Source of the DNA: Spirochaetota bacterium
GTDB lineage: Bacteria > Spirochaetota > UBA4802 > UBA5550
NCBI GenBank assembly: GCA_963664815.2
Contig: CAXXHB010000003.1
Location: 128,001 to 192,000, forward strand
Reading direction: 5' to 3'
Length of the DNA: 64,000 nt
Each line of letters opens with the position of its first letter. Within the stretch, counting starts at the first letter, position 1. Below are positions 43,369 through 53,832 of the stretch, piece after piece. Under the pieces are notes generated by a model, which made no database searches, was not told where the DNA came from, and saw only the letters and a program-made list of their open reading frames with translations. Made by a program: the position numbers and the translations under genes.

Positions 43369-44046
43369 ATGGGTCAGAAGGTAAATCCAATAGGTATCAG
43401 GTTAGGAATAAACCGAACATGGGATTCTGTATGGTATGATGAAAAAAAGGAATATGCTACTAATCTTCACGAAGATATTAGAATTAAGAAGTTTGTAGCT
43501 AAAGAAAAGAAAAATGCAGGAATAGCCAAAGTTACTATTGAAAGATTTCCTGACAGAGTCAATGTGAATATAAATGCTGCACGTCCAGGAGTTTTGATAG
43601 GAAAAAAAGGAGCTGATATTGAAGATTTAAAAAATCAACTACAGAAATTGGCTTCTAAAACGGTATATATAAATATAGTTGAAGTAAAAAAACCTGAGAA
43701 AAATTCAAAGCTTATAGCTGAGCAGATTGCATCACAGATTGAAGCAAGGTTCCCATATAGAAGAGCTGTTAAACAGGCTATCACTAATGCAATGAGAAGT
43801 GGTGCTCTGGGAATTAAAATAATGGTTTCAGGAAGATTAAATAATGCAGAAATGGCCAGAACTGAATCTTTTAAAGAAGGAAGAATTCCTCTTCATACTT
43901 TAAGAGCTGACATAGACTATGGAGTTGCTGAAGCACTTACTTCTTTCGGTTTGATTGGTGTTAAAGTCTGGCTTTATAATGGTGATGTTTTGACGAAAGA
44001 TCAGGAAGAAGAAGATAAATATTCTGTAAAAAGAAAAACCCGATAA
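43369..44046 (+). CDS. rpsC: 30S ribosomal protein uS3
   Basis: MGQKVNPIG, GRIPLHTLRADIDY. Confidence 0.99.
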   Translation: MGQKVNPIGIRLGINRTWDSVWYDEKKEYATNLHEDIRIKKFVAKEKKNAGIAKVTIERFPDRVNVNINAARPGVLIGKKGADIEDLKNQLQKLASKTVYINIVEVKKPEKNSKLIAEQIASQIEARFPYRRAVKQAITNAMRSGALGIKIMVSGRLNNAEMARTESFKEGRIPLHTLRADIDYGVAEALTSFGLIGVKVWLYNGDVLTKDQEEEDKYSVKRKTR

Positions 44047-44071
44047 TGTTCAACGGATAAGGTGAATTGCT

Positions 44072-44488
44072 ATGTTGATGCCAAAAAGAGTAAAATACAG
44101 AAAAGTTATGCGGGGCAGAATGGGAGGGTCCGCTCAGAAAGGGGCTACTGTTGCATTCGGAGAATATGGTTTGAAAGCTCTTGAATCCGCAAAAATAACA
44201 AGTAGACAGATTGAAGCAGCAAGGATTGCTATAAATAGAAAAGTGAAGAGGGGCGGAAAGCTATGGATAAGAATTTTTCCTGATTTTCCCTTTACAAAAA
44301 AAGCAGCTGAAACGAGGATGGGAAAAGGAAAAGGTAATCCGGAAGGATTTGTTGCTAGAATTAAACCGGGTAGAATTCTGTTTGAGATAGCTGGTGTTGA
44401 TGAAATTATGGCAAGAGAGGCTCTTGAAAGCGCTTCTCACAAGCTTCCTTTAAAAACAAAAATTGTACAAGTTGAGAAATTAGGTTAA
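44072..44488 (+). CDS. rplP: 50S ribosomal protein uL16
   Basis: RQIEAAR, RMGKGKG. Confidence 0.99.
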   Translation: MLMPKRVKYRKVMRGRMGGSAQKGATVAFGEYGLKALESAKITSRQIEAARIAINRKVKRGGKLWIRIFPDFPFTKKAAETRMGKGKGNPEGFVARIKPGRILFEIAGVDEIMAREALESASHKLPLKTKIVQVEKLG

Positions 44489-44517
44489 AAGTATTAGTAA
44501 AAGCTAGAGGCAATGAT

Positions 44518-44724
44518 ATGAAAGGAAAAATAGAAGAATTGACAATGGTTGAGCTAAACAAAAGCCTTGTTGATTCAAAAATAGAGCTTCGTAAAGAAAG
44601 GTTTAAATCAGTAACAAGTAAAGTAGATAATCCAAAAAAGATTAAAGGTTTAAAACGTCATATAGCCAGAATTTTGACCCTTAAAAATGAATATGAGTTA
44701 GGAATCAGAAAATCACGAGGGTAA
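44518..44724 (+). CDS. rpmC: 50S ribosomal protein uL29
   Basis: KRHIARILT; synteny. Confidence 0.95.
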   Translation: MKGKIEELTMVELNKSLVDSKIELRKERFKSVTSKVDNPKKIKGLKRHIARILTLKNEYELGIRKSRG

Positions 44725-44746
44725 AAAAAAACCGGAGATTATGTAA

Positions 44747-44998
44747 ATGAAAGCGACACGAAAACAGTTAATTGGCAAAGTAATTAGTAATAAAATGGAT
44801 AAAACTATAGTGGTTGAGATTGAAGATCTGGTTATGCATCCACTTTATAAAAAATCAGTAAGAAGAACTAAAAAACTGAAAGGTCATGATGAGAAAAATG
44901 AGTGCTCAATTGGTGATTTAGTTAGGATTGAAGAATCAAGGCCATTATCAAAAGAAAAAAGATACAGATTGATTGAAATTATAGAGAAAGTAAAATAG
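44747..44998 (+). CDS. rpsQ: 30S ribosomal protein uS17
   Basis: [19 protein letters not shown]. Confidence 0.98.
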   Translation: MKATRKQLIGKVISNKMDKTIVVEIEDLVMHPLYKKSVRRTKKLKGHDEKNECSIGDLVRIEESRPLSKEKRYRLIEIIEKVK

Positions 44999-45007
44999 GG
45001 GTTTGTC

Positions 45008-45400
45008 ATGATACAGGTGCAGACAATTCTTGAGGTAGCGGATAACAGCGGTGTAAAAAAAGTTATGTGTATCAAAGTTCTTGGTGGATCAAAAAGACGA
45101 TATGCTTCTGTTGGAGATATAATAGTTGTTGCAGTGCAGGATTCACAGCCATCATACGGATTGAAGGATTCTACCGGTAAAAAAGTACACAACAAGTCAG
45201 TATTAAAAGCTGTTGTTGTAAGAACCAAAAAACCGGTAAGAAGGAAAGATGGAACTTATATAAGGTTTGATGACAATGCTGTGGCTATAATTGATGCGAA
45301 AGGTGAGCCTAAAGGGTCAAGGATTTTTGGGCCGGTTGCAAGAGAGTTGCGTGATAAGAATTTTCTTAAAATTGTATCACTTGCTCCTGAAGTTCTATAA
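45008..45400 (+). CDS. rplN: 50S ribosomal protein uL14 (with insertion)
   Basis: [31 protein letters not shown]. Confidence 0.99.
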   Translation: MIQVQTILEVADNSGVKKVMCIKVLGGSKRRYASVGDIIVVAVQDSQPSYGLKDSTGKKVHNKSVLKAVVVRTKKPVRRKDGTYIRFDDNAVAIIDAKGEPKGSRIFGPVARELRDKNFLKIVSLAPEVL

Positions 45401-45411
45401 AGAGGTTTGAG

Positions 45412-45750
45412 ATGAATAGTGTAAGTGATTGTGTAAAGACTAAACTGAAAATTAATGATAATGTCGTGGTTGTCAGTGGTTCAAATAGAGGTAAAAGAGG
45501 AAAAATATTAAAGGTCGACAGAGTAAAGGGTAGAATCATTGTTGAAGGTGTTAATAAAAGAAATAAGTATCTGAAACCTTCACAGGAGAATCCTCAGGGA
45601 CGAATGATAAATCTTGAATTTCCTATTCATATCTCCAATGTTATGTATTTTTGTGATAAATGCAAAAAGGGTGTAAGAATTGGAGTAGAATTAAAAGATA
45701 AATCGAAATCAAGAATTTGTAAATCGTGCTCAAAAAGCATAGATAAATAA
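45412..45750 (+). CDS. rplX: 50S ribosomal protein uL24
   Basis: KOW motif, VEGVN, PIHISNV; CDKC...CKSC. Confidence 0.97.
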   Translation: MNSVSDCVKTKLKINDNVVVVSGSNRGKRGKILKVDRVKGRIIVEGVNKRNKYLKPSQENPQGRMINLEFPIHISNVMYFCDKCKKGVRIGVELKDKSKSRICKSCSKSIDK

Positions 45751-45755
45751 GGATA

Positions 45756-46313
45756 TTGGACATGCAAGTAAGATTAAGAGACGAATACAATAAAAAGTAT
45801 AAAAAGAATCTGATGGATAGTTTTAAGTATAAAACTGTCATGCAGGTACCGAAATTGGAAAAAATAGTGTTAAACGTCGGGATGGGTGATGCACACTCTA
45901 ATACTAATTATCTCAATTCTGTGATTGATGAACTGACTATGATTACTGGGCAGAAAGCTGTAAAAACTGTTGCAAGAAAATCAATAGCAAATTTTAAAAT
46001 CAGGGAAGGATATGATGTCGGCTGCAGGGTTACTCTGCGTGGTGTTATGATGTATGAATTTATTGACAGGTTGATAAATATTGCTCTTCCGCGTGTAAGA
46101 GACTTCAAAGGTCTTTCTCCAAAATCATTTGATACTAATGGTAATTATAATTTTTCTATAATGGAACAGATTATTTTCCCGGAAATAAACTTTGATAAAA
46201 CAGAAAAAATACATGGCATTAATGTTACTATAGTAACTTCTGCAAAAACAAAAGAAGAGGCTTATGCTCTTTTGAAAGAATTCAGAATGCCGTTTAGGGA
46301 GCAGGGTAATTAA
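45756..46313 (+). CDS. rplE: 50S ribosomal protein uL5
   Basis: [22 protein letters not shown]; start TTG 45756 or ATG 45762. Confidence 0.98.
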   Translation: MDMQVRLRDEYNKKYKKNLMDSFKYKTVMQVPKLEKIVLNVGMGDAHSNTNYLNSVIDELTMITGQKAVKTVARKSIANFKIREGYDVGCRVTLRGVMMYEFIDRLINIALPRVRDFKGLSPKSFDTNGNYNFSIMEQIIFPEINFDKTEKIHGINVTIVTSAKTKEEAYALLKEFRMPFREQGN

Positions 46314-46314
46314 T

Positions 46315-46500
46315 ATGGCAAAAACAAGTATGATCGCCAAACACAAGATGGGCGGAAAATTTAAAGTGCGCAATTATAATAGATGTGCAATATGTGGGAG
46401 ACCCAGGGGCTATATAAGAAGATTTGATATGTGTAGAATCTGTTTTAGAAAGCTTGCCAGTGTTGGTGCTATTCCTGGTGTAACGAAATCGTCATGGTAG
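46315..46500 (+). CDS. rpsN: 30S ribosomal protein uS14, zinc-binding type Z
   Basis: [21 protein letters not shown]. Confidence 0.98.
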   Translation: MAKTSMIAKHKMGGKFKVRNYNRCAICGRPRGYIRRFDMCRICFRKLASVGAIPGVTKSSW

Positions 46501-46527
46501 AAAATAAAAGTGGAGAGTGGTTGAAAC

Positions 46528-46929
46528 ATGAGTGCTACTAGTGATCCAATTGCAGATATGCTAACTCGAGTAAGGAATGCAGTCAAGGCAGAGCATTTGA
46601 AAGTAGATATCCCATCATCAAAAATGAAAGTTGCTATAGCTAAGATATTGAAGGATGAAGGATTTATTAAAAATTATAAAATCATTGAAGATAATAAGCA
46701 GAAAATATTGAGAGTTTATTTAAAATATAGTGATCAGAATCAATCTGCATTGTTAAGTCTTGTTAGGATTAGTAAGCCTGGAAGAAGAGTCTATACAAAA
46801 GCTGAAGAATTAAAACCAGTTTTTAATAATATTGGAATAAGGATTTTATCTACACCAAAGGGTGTAATAACAAACAAAGCTGCTCAGAAGCTGAATGTTG
46901 GCGGCGAAGTTATTTGTGAAATTTCATAG
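46528..46929 (+). CDS. rpsH: 30S ribosomal protein uS8
   Basis: [21 protein letters not shown]. Confidence 0.99.
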   Translation: MSATSDPIADMLTRVRNAVKAEHLKVDIPSSKMKVAIAKILKDEGFIKNYKIIEDNKQKILRVYLKYSDQNQSALLSLVRISKPGRRVYTKAEELKPVFNNIGIRILSTPKGVITNKAAQKLNVGGEVICEIS

Positions 46930-46947
46930 TGGAAAGAGTGTATAGAT

Positions 46948-47490
46948 ATGTCTAGAATAGGGAAATTACCAGTCGAGATACCAGGAACTGTAACAGTTAG
47001 TATAATTGATTCAAATGTTAATGTAAAAGGTCCACTTGGTGAAGACAATTTAAATTTATTGACTGGTGTTAATGTAAAAAAAGAAGCAAATACGCTCAAT
47101 GTAATAATTGACGATGATAATAATAAGCAACTGAAGGCTTACCATGGTCTATTCAGAACTTTAATTAATAATATGATAGTTGGTGTTTCAACCGGATTTG
47201 TTAAAGAAATGGAAATTGTTGGTGTTGGATACAGGGCCATACAACAGGGAGCTGATATACAGTTTCAATTAGGATATTCTCATACAATATTGTTTCAAGC
47301 GCCTAAGGGAATAACTCTTGAAGTAACAGAGCCGACAAAATTTAAAGTGAAAGGATTCAATAAAGAACAAGTAGGTCAGATTGCAGCGAATATACGAAAA
47401 CTACGTCCACCTGAACCGTATAAAGGGAAAGGCATTAGATATAAAAATGAAAATGTCAGGAAAAAAGCAGGAAAAACAGGTAAAAAATAA
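46948..47490 (+). CDS. rplF: 50S ribosomal protein uL6
   Basis: [15 protein letters not shown]. Confidence 0.99.
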   Translation: MSRIGKLPVEIPGTVTVSIIDSNVNVKGPLGEDNLNLLTGVNVKKEANTLNVIIDDDNNKQLKAYHGLFRTLINNMIVGVSTGFVKEMEIVGVGYRAIQQGADIQFQLGYSHTILFQAPKGITLEVTEPTKFKVKGFNKEQVGQIAANIRKLRPPEPYKGKGIRYKNENVRKKAGKTGKK

Positions 47491-47855
47491 TGGATAAGTT
47501 GTCTTTAAAAAAGAAAAGATTTAATAGAAGAAGACTAAGAGTTAAGAAAAAGATTAGAACCAGTAGTGATATCTTTAGATTATGTATCTCTCGAAGTAAT
47601 AAGAATTTTTATGCGCAGATAATTGATGATACCAGGGGTCATACACTTGTTGCTTTATCTTCACTTTCACAGGAATTTCCGGATTTAAAAAATAACGGAA
47701 ATATCGAAGCGGCCAAAGTACTGGGGAAACTTATTGCTGAAAAAGCTGTGACAAAAGGTATAAAAAAGGTTGTGTTCGACAGGAATGGATATCTTTATCA
47801 CGGAAAAATAAAGGCTTTTGCTGATGCAGCCCGTGAAAATGGGCTAGAGTTCTAG
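47490..47855 (+). CDS. rplR: 50S ribosomal protein uL18
   Basis: [19 protein letters not shown]. Confidence 0.98.
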   Translation: MDKLSLKKKRFNRRRLRVKKKIRTSSDIFRLCISRSNKNFYAQIIDDTRGHTLVALSSLSQEFPDLKNNGNIEAAKVLGKLIAEKAVTKGIKKVVFDRNGYLYHGKIKAFADAARENGLEF

Positions 47856-47864
47856 GAGTTTAAT

Positions 47865-48377
47865 ATGAAGATTAAAAGAAAAAAAGTAAAAGTTGATGGA
47901 GTAGAGATTACTGATAAAGTTGTAGTAATAAACAGGGTTGCAAAGGTTGTAAAGGGGGGTAGAAGATTTTCGTTCAGTGCTTTATCTGTGATAGGAGATG
48001 GTGATGGTCATGTTGGTGTTGGTTTTGGTAAAGCAAATGATGTTCCAGATGCAATAGATAAAAGTAAAGAAGATGCTAAAAAGAATTTATACAAAGTAAA
48101 TTTGAATAAAAATACAATTCCTCATGAAGTGATTGGTCAATTTAAATCTGCAAAAGTTATTATGAAACCGGCAGCTCCAGGAACCGGTATAATTGCTGGT
48201 GCTTCAGTAAGAGCGGTTATTGAAAAAGCAGGGATTTCTGATATATTGACAAAAGCTCAGGGATCAAGAAATCCAATAAATATAGTTAAAGCTACACTTG
48301 ATGGACTTTTACAATTGAGAAGTTTAAAAGAGGCTGCCGTAATAAGAGAAATTCCAGTCTCCAAACTTTGGGAGTAA
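47865..48377 (+). CDS. rpsE: 30S ribosomal protein uS5
   Basis: [22 protein letters not shown]. Confidence 0.99.
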   Translation: MKIKRKKVKVDGVEITDKVVVINRVAKVVKGGRRFSFSALSVIGDGDGHVGVGFGKANDVPDAIDKSKEDAKKNLYKVNLNKNTIPHEVIGQFKSAKVIMKPAAPGTGIIAGASVRAVIEKAGISDILTKAQGSRNPINIVKATLDGLLQLRSLKEAAVIREIPVSKLWE

Positions 48378-48381
48378 AGCG

Positions 48382-48570
48382 ATGGCAAAAAAATTATTAG
48401 TAAAGCAAATAAAAAGCAGTATATGCACCAAACCGAAACAAAGAGCGACTCTTGTTGCTCTTGGTTTAAGAAAAATTAACGCAACAAGAGAACATGATGA
48501 TAATCCTGTAATCAGGGGGATGATTATGAAAGTACATCATCTTGTGGAAGTTAAGGAAATAATTTCATAA
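48382..48570 (+). CDS. rpmD: 50S ribosomal protein uL30
   Basis: [14 protein letters not shown]. Confidence 0.97.
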   Translation: MAKKLLVKQIKSSICTKPKQRATLVALGLRKINATREHDDNPVIRGMIMKVHHLVEVKEIIS

Positions 48571-48588
48571 TTATAGAGAGAAACAGCA

Positions 48589-49029
48589 ATGGAACAATAT
48601 ACCATAAAAAAACCTGATTCAATTAAAAAGAGGAAAAGAGTAGGTACTGGACCTTCTGCAGGTGGTGGAAAAACTGCCGGTAGAGGTCATAAAGGTCAGA
48701 TGGCAAGGTCGGGAAGTAAGCATCGTGCATGGTTTGAAGGCGGTCAGATGCCATTGCAGAGACGTATACCTAAAAGAGGCTTTAATAATATTTTTAAAAA
48801 ATATTATCAGATTGTAAACGTAGAGCAGATTGATAAACTGGATTCAAGTGAAATAAATCCGGAAATCCTTTTTAATAAAGGCTTAATTGAAGATTCAAAA
48901 AAGCTTATAAAAATTCTAGGGAATGGAGAATTTAAGAAGTCTGTTAAAGTTATTGCTGACTCATTTTCTGCAAGTGCATTTGAAAAAATTAAAAATGCCG
49001 GCGGAGAAGCCATAATCAGGAAAAAATAA
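48589..49029 (+). CDS. rplO: 50S ribosomal protein uL15
   Basis: GRGHKGQ, FEGGQMPL, PKRGF. Confidence 0.98.
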   Translation: MEQYTIKKPDSIKKRKRVGTGPSAGGGKTAGRGHKGQMARSGSKHRAWFEGGQMPLQRRIPKRGFNNIFKKYYQIVNVEQIDKLDSSEINPEILFNKGLIEDSKKLIKILGNGEFKKSVKVIADSFSASAFEKIKNAGGEAIIRKK

Positions 49030-49053
49030 ACTATTAAACGTCAGGATAAATGA

Positions 49054-50394
49054 ATGTCAAGTGCAGTAGCTAATATTTTTAAAATTCCAGATTTAAGAAA
49101 AAGGATCTTTTTTACTATTTTTGTTTTGATAATTTATAGAATAGGTGCTCATATACCAATTCCGGGAATTAATGTTGATGCTCTGAAAAATTATTTTATT
49201 GAAGCAGAAAGTGCAGGAATGCTCGATTTTTTTGATCTTTTTGCAGGTGGTGCTTTAAAAAGATTCACTATATTTGCACTTGGTATTATGCCATATATTT
49301 CTTCATCGATAATTGTAGATCTTCTGAAAGTAGTTTTTCCTTATCTTGCTGAATTGGCAAAAGAAGGGGCTGAAGGCCAGAAAAAAATAATGCAATATAT
49401 AAAGTATGGTACAGTATTGCTTTGTACTATTCAGGGCTTAGGTTTGACTTTCTGGATGCAATCTATGAGGACATCAGATGGAGCAACAGTTGTTCCAACT
49501 GATGGAGGTATAAGTTTTGTAATTACTGCTGTAATTGCTATAGTAACAGGAACTATGGTGCTAATGTGGATGGGAGAGATGATTACCGAAAGAGGAATTG
49601 GTAACGGTATATCTTTGATTATTATGGCAGGGATTGTCGTTCGTTTACCTCAATCAATTGTTGCAACAGGTAAAAAAATATCAGATACGGGAGAACCTAT
49701 TGTAGGATTTATTCTTCTTGGGCTTTTCTTTCTTGTAGTTGCAGCGTGTATACTTTTAACTCTTGGTATGAGAAGAATTCCTGTCCAATATGGTAAAAGA
49801 ACAGTGGGGAATGCTACAGTAGGCAGATCATCACAATATATTCCATTAAGAGTAAATGCTGCAGGCGTTATCCCAATTATTTTTGCATCTGCAATAATAG
49901 TTTTTCCGGCACAGATGGTAAGGATGGCTGGTGTTCACAGTAATACATACCTTAATAAGCTCCAATTCTGGCTGACACCGGGTCAGATACCATATATAAT
50001 TATTTACAGTGCTCTTATCATATTTTTCTGCTTTTTTTATACTCAGTTACGTTTTAACCCGGTTGAAATTGCTGATAATTTAAAAAAATATGGAGGTTTT
50101 ATTCCAGGAATAAGACCTGGAGTAAATACTTCAGATCATTTAATGGGGATCTTAAACAGGCTTACTCTTTCAGGATCAATTTTTCTTGCACTAATTGCAA
50201 TAATTCCGGATTTTATAATTAGAATATGGCCGGAACAGGTTCCAAGAGAAATGGCTTTTTTATTTGGAGGGACATCTCTTCTTATAATAGTAGGTGTTGC
50301 TTTGGATACTTTGAAGCAGATAGAATCACAATTATTAATGAGGCATTATGATGGTTTTCTTGGTGGCAAGAAAAAAATTCAGGGAAGATTCTAA
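49054..50394 (+). CDS. secY: Preprotein translocase SecY
   Basis: LGIMPYI, GIGNGISL, AGVIPIIFA, IPGIRPG, GGTSLLI. Confidence 0.99.
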   Translation: MSSAVANIFKIPDLRKRIFFTIFVLIIYRIGAHIPIPGINVDALKNYFIEAESAGMLDFFDLFAGGALKRFTIFALGIMPYISSSIIVDLLKVVFPYLAELAKEGAEGQKKIMQYIKYGTVLLCTIQGLGLTFWMQSMRTSDGATVVPTDGGISFVITAVIAIVTGTMVLMWMGEMITERGIGNGISLIIMAGIVVRLPQSIVATGKKISDTGEPIVGFILLGLFFLVVAACILLTLGMRRIPVQYGKRTVGNATVGRSSQYIPLRVNAAGVIPIIFASAIIVFPAQMVRMAGVHSNTYLNKLQFWLTPGQIPYIIIYSALIIFFCFFYTQLRFNPVEIADNLKKYGGFIPGIRPGVNTSDHLMGILNRLTLSGSIFLALIAIIPDFIIRIWPEQVPREMAFLFGGTSLLIIVGVALDTLKQIESQLLMRHYDGFLGGKKKIQGRF

Positions 50395-50414
50395 TATATT
50401 TTTAGAGAGAGTTT

Positions 50415-50633
50415 ATGGCTAAAGAAGAACCAATAGAGGTTGAAGGAGTAGTTGTTGAACCGCTTCCTAATGCCATGTTCAGAGTTAAATTAAATAATGG
50501 TCATATTGTTTTAGCGCATATATCAGGCAAAATGAGGATGCATTATATTAAAATTCTTACTGGTGATAAAGTTACAGTTGAATTATCGCCATATGATCTT
50601 AATCGCGGAAGAATCACTTACAGATCAAAATAA
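50415..50633 (+). CDS. infA: Translation initiation factor IF-1
   Basis: [20 protein letters not shown]. Confidence 0.99.
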   Translation: MAKEEPIEVEGVVVEPLPNAMFRVKLNNGHIVLAHISGKMRMHYIKILTGDKVTVELSPYDLNRGRITYRSK

Positions 50634-50712
50634 CAGGGAATAAGCAGAATAATGTTGACATAAAAAGAATGCCAACAGTAAATGGCTTTTTGTTCAATGA
50701 GGGGTATTATTT

Positions 50713-50847
50713 ATGAAAGTTCGAGTTTCAGTTAAGAAAGTTTGCAGTGAATGCAAAGTAATTAAAAGGCATGGTGTTGTCCGGGTAATCTGTACAAATC
50801 CGAGACATAAACAGAGACAAAAGGTTAGAACAGTTAAAAAACATTAA
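50713..50847 (+). CDS. rpmJ: 50S ribosomal protein bL36, C-terminally extended (not in ORF track)
   Basis: Manual translation [44 protein letters not shown]. Confidence 0.97.
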   Translation: MKVRVSVKKVCSECKVIKRHGVVRVICTNPRHKQRQKVRTVKKH

Positions 50848-50866
50848 TCTTATTTAAGAGGACTTT

Positions 50867-51241
50867 ATGGCAAGGATAGCAGGTGTAGATTTACCAAGTG
50901 ATAAAAGAGTAGAAGTTGGATTAACCTATATATATGGGATAGGACCAAGTACGGCTCAAAAAATTATAGTAGAAGCTGGTATTAATCCGGATACGCGAGT
51001 AAAAGATCTTACAGATGATGAGATAGCAAGTATAAGGAAGTATATAGATCAGAAAGTAAAAGTTGAAGGTGATCTTCGAACTGAGATTGCTATGAATATA
51101 AAAAGGCTCATGGATATAGGATGCTATAGGGGAATAAGGCATAGAAGAGGATTGCCTGTCAGAGGACAAAATACAAAAAATAATGCAAGGACTCGTAAAG
51201 GAAATCGTAGAGTATCTGTTGGTAGCAAGAAAAAGAAATAA
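50867..51241 (+). CDS. rpsM: 30S ribosomal protein uS13
   Basis: MARIAGV, YRGIRH, LPVRGQ. Confidence 0.99.
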   Translation: MARIAGVDLPSDKRVEVGLTYIYGIGPSTAQKIIVEAGINPDTRVKDLTDDEIASIRKYIDQKVKVEGDLRTEIAMNIKRLMDIGCYRGIRHRRGLPVRGQNTKNNARTRKGNRRVSVGSKKKK

Positions 51242-51253
51242 GAGGTATCTGAA

Positions 51254-51640
51254 GTGAAACAAAAAAAAGTAAAGAAAAAAGAGAAAAAAAATATTCCTGT
51301 CGGAAAAGCATTTATTCAGGCAACATATAATAATACTATTGTTACTCTTACAGATATGCAGGGAAATGTAATTTCTTGGGCAACCTCTGGAGGCGAGGGT
51401 TTTAAAGGGTCGAGAAAATCAACACCTTTTGCAGCTCAGATGGCAGCTAAAACTGCAGCTGAAAGTGCAATAGAAGCAGCAGGTTTACAGTCTATAGAAG
51501 TTTATGTTAAAGGTCCGGGAATTGGCAGAGAAGCTGCTGTAAGATCTTTGTTTCAAAGCGGATTGAATATTTCTAAAATAAAAGATATAACTCCAGTGCC
51601 CCACAATGGATGCAGACCAAAGAAAAGAAGAAGAGTGTAA
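51254..51640 (+). CDS. rpsK: 30S ribosomal protein uS11
   Basis: [19 protein letters not shown]. Confidence 0.99.
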   Translation: MKQKKVKKKEKKNIPVGKAFIQATYNNTIVTLTDMQGNVISWATSGGEGFKGSRKSTPFAAQMAAKTAAESAIEAAGLQSIEVYVKGPGIGREAAVRSLFQSGLNISKIKDITPVPHNGCRPKKRRRV

Positions 51641-51655
51641 CGGAGAGTTTTCAAT

Positions 51656-52288
51656 ATGGCTAAATATACAGGTCCAAAATGTAAATTGTGTAGAAGAGAA
51701 ATGACTCCTTTGATGTTGAAAGGGCAGAGATGTCTGACTGATAAATGTCCGTTAAAAGGAAATAAAAAATATCCTCCAGGACCACCTAGAAAAAGAAGGG
51801 CAAAAATGTCAGATTATGCTGTTCAGTTAAGAGAAAAACAGAAAATAAAAAGGGCATATGGACTTCTTGAAAAGCAATTCAGAATTAATTTTGAAAATGC
51901 CAACAGAATGAAAGGTGTTACTGGTGAGAATATGTTATCACTTCTTGAAAGAAGACTTGATAATGTAATATATAGACTTGGTTTTGCTACTTCAAGATCT
52001 CAGGCAAGACAGTTAATTCAGCATCAACATATTCTTGTAAATGATAGAGTTGTTGATATTCCTTCTTTTATTGTCAGAGAAGGAAATAAGGTTGAAATAA
52101 GAGATTATTTTAAAACAAATTTAATCCTTGAAGACTCAATTAAACTTTCAAAAGCTATTGATTCTAAGCCTGAGTGGGTTGATGTTGATTATGAAAACAA
52201 AGTAGCAAAGATTATCAGAATACCGAAAAGAGAAGACATTAAAGATGGTTTCAATGAGCAGCTTGTAATAGAACTTTATTCAAAATAA
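51656..52288 (+). CDS. rpsD: 30S ribosomal protein uS4
   Basis: QLREKQK, LERRLDNV, ARQL, IELYSK; N-terminal Cys cluster. Confidence 0.99.
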   Translation: MAKYTGPKCKLCRREMTPLMLKGQRCLTDKCPLKGNKKYPPGPPRKRRAKMSDYAVQLREKQKIKRAYGLLEKQFRINFENANRMKGVTGENMLSLLERRLDNVIYRLGFATSRSQARQLIQHQHILVNDRVVDIPSFIVREGNKVEIRDYFKTNLILEDSIKLSKAIDSKPEWVDVDYENKVAKIIRIPKREDIKDGFNEQLVIELYSK

Positions 52289-52343
52289 GTAGTTTTTCGA
52301 TATTCGATAGAGCTATTTATTTATTATTTTGTTGGAGGAGAAA

Positions 52344-53309
52344 ATGGCCCAAAAAAATCTTCTTAAGGGCTTTAAAAGACCAGGTAAAATATCATTTGAA
52401 CATGATGATTTACAACCAAATTATGGCAGGTTTATAGCTGAGCCTTTTGAAAAAGGTTATGGTTTGACAGTTGGAAATTCACTTAGAAGAGTACTTCTGT
52501 CATCAATTGAAGGTGCGGCCATCACTGCAATAAAAATTGAAGGTGTACCACATGAGTTCTCAACGATAAGCGGTGTATATGAGGATGTAACTCGTATTAT
52601 ATTAAATCTAAAAAAATTGAGATTTAAATATGAAGGTGAAATTTCAAAAGTTCTCCATATAGTTAAAGAAGGAGCAGGAGAATTAAAAGGTTCTGATTTT
52701 AATATTGATCCTGATGTTGAAGTAATGAATAAAGATATTAAAATTGCAACACTTAATGATTCGGCTAAAATAGATATGGAAGTACAGATTGAAAGAGGAA
52801 GGGGGTATGTTCCTTCTGAAGTTAATAAATTAAATACTGAAACTGTTGGGGTTATTTCAATAGATTCTATATTTTCACCAGTCCAAAAAGTGAATGTAAA
52901 GGTTGAAGATACACGGGTTTCTCAAAGGACAGACTATGATAAACTAATTCTTGAAATATGGACAGATGGTTCAATAAGACCAGATGATGCCTTAGCTCAA
53001 TCGGCAAAAATTATAAAAGATCATATGTCAATTTTTATTAATTTTGAGGAAGAGCAGGAAGAGGAAGAAGAACAGGTTGATGAAGGTATCGAAAAAATGA
53101 AAGTTCTTCTGTCTAAATCAATAGATGACATTGAGTTTTCAGTACGTGCTTATAATACATTAAAAAGCCTTGATATTTCTACTTTGGACGAGCTAGTAAA
53201 AAGAACAGAAGATGAAGTAAGGAAATCCAAGCATAATAGTGATGTTGTGCTTAAGGAAATAAAGACTAAACTTGAGGCTTACCATTTAAGTCTTGGACTA
53301 AAGGATTGA
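52344..53309 (+). CDS. rpoA: RNA polymerase alpha subunit
   Basis: GNSLRRVLLSS, HEFSTI, GRGY, TDGS; ATG 52344 after GGAGGAG. Confidence 0.99.
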   Translation: MAQKNLLKGFKRPGKISFEHDDLQPNYGRFIAEPFEKGYGLTVGNSLRRVLLSSIEGAAITAIKIEGVPHEFSTISGVYEDVTRIILNLKKLRFKYEGEISKVLHIVKEGAGELKGSDFNIDPDVEVMNKDIKIATLNDSAKIDMEVQIERGRGYVPSEVNKLNTETVGVISIDSIFSPVQKVNVKVEDTRVSQRTDYDKLILEIWTDGSIRPDDALAQSAKIIKDHMSIFINFEEEQEEEEEQVDEGIEKMKVLLSKSIDDIEFSVRAYNTLKSLDISTLDELVKRTEDEVRKSKHNSDVVLKEIKTKLEAYHLSLGLKD

Positions 53310-53322
53310 ATGAGGTTTATAA

Positions 53323-53784
53323 ATGAGACACAAAAATAAAGTAAGACAGCTTGGAAGAACTCATTCGCATAGAAAAGCTATGTTTGACAATATGGTTACT
53401 TCGTTATTTGAACATGAAAGAATTGTAACAACAAAGCAGAAAGGAAAAGAGTTAAAAAAGATATCTGAAAAATTAATTACAAAGGCAAAACATAATATTG
53501 AAATACCTGAGACTGAAGGTGAAAAAAAGCTTCATAATAAAAGGGAAGTTCTCAAGGTAATAAAAAACAGAGATGTAGTAGCAAAACTTTTTGATGATAT
53601 TGCTTTGAGATTTAAAGATCGTAAAGGCGGATATACAAGAATGTATCTTCTTGGCACAAGGCAGGGAGATGCTGCAGAAATGGCTATTGTTGAACTTGTT
53701 GAAAGAGTGAAAAAAACTGAGCCGGTGAAAGAAAATAAAAAAGATGATAAGTTAAAAAAAGTTAAAGAAAAAAAATCTAAATAA
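53323..53784 (+). CDS. rplQ: 50S ribosomal protein bL17
   Basis: MRH, RKGGYTR, GDAAEMA. Confidence 0.98.
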   Translation: MRHKNKVRQLGRTHSHRKAMFDNMVTSLFEHERIVTTKQKGKELKKISEKLITKAKHNIEIPETEGEKKLHNKREVLKVIKNRDVVAKLFDDIALRFKDRKGGYTRMYLLGTRQGDAAEMAIVELVERVKKTEPVKENKKDDKLKKVKEKKSK

Positions 53785-53803
53785 TCATTTTTATTTATAA
53801 AGT

Positions 53804-53832
53804 AAAAAGCTTCAGTTCGCTGAAGCTTTTTT
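53804..53832. terminator. Bidirectional terminator between rplQ and the convergent gene
   Basis: AAAAAGCTTCAG-TTCG-CTGAAGCTTTTT with A/T tails on both sides. Confidence 0.9.
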
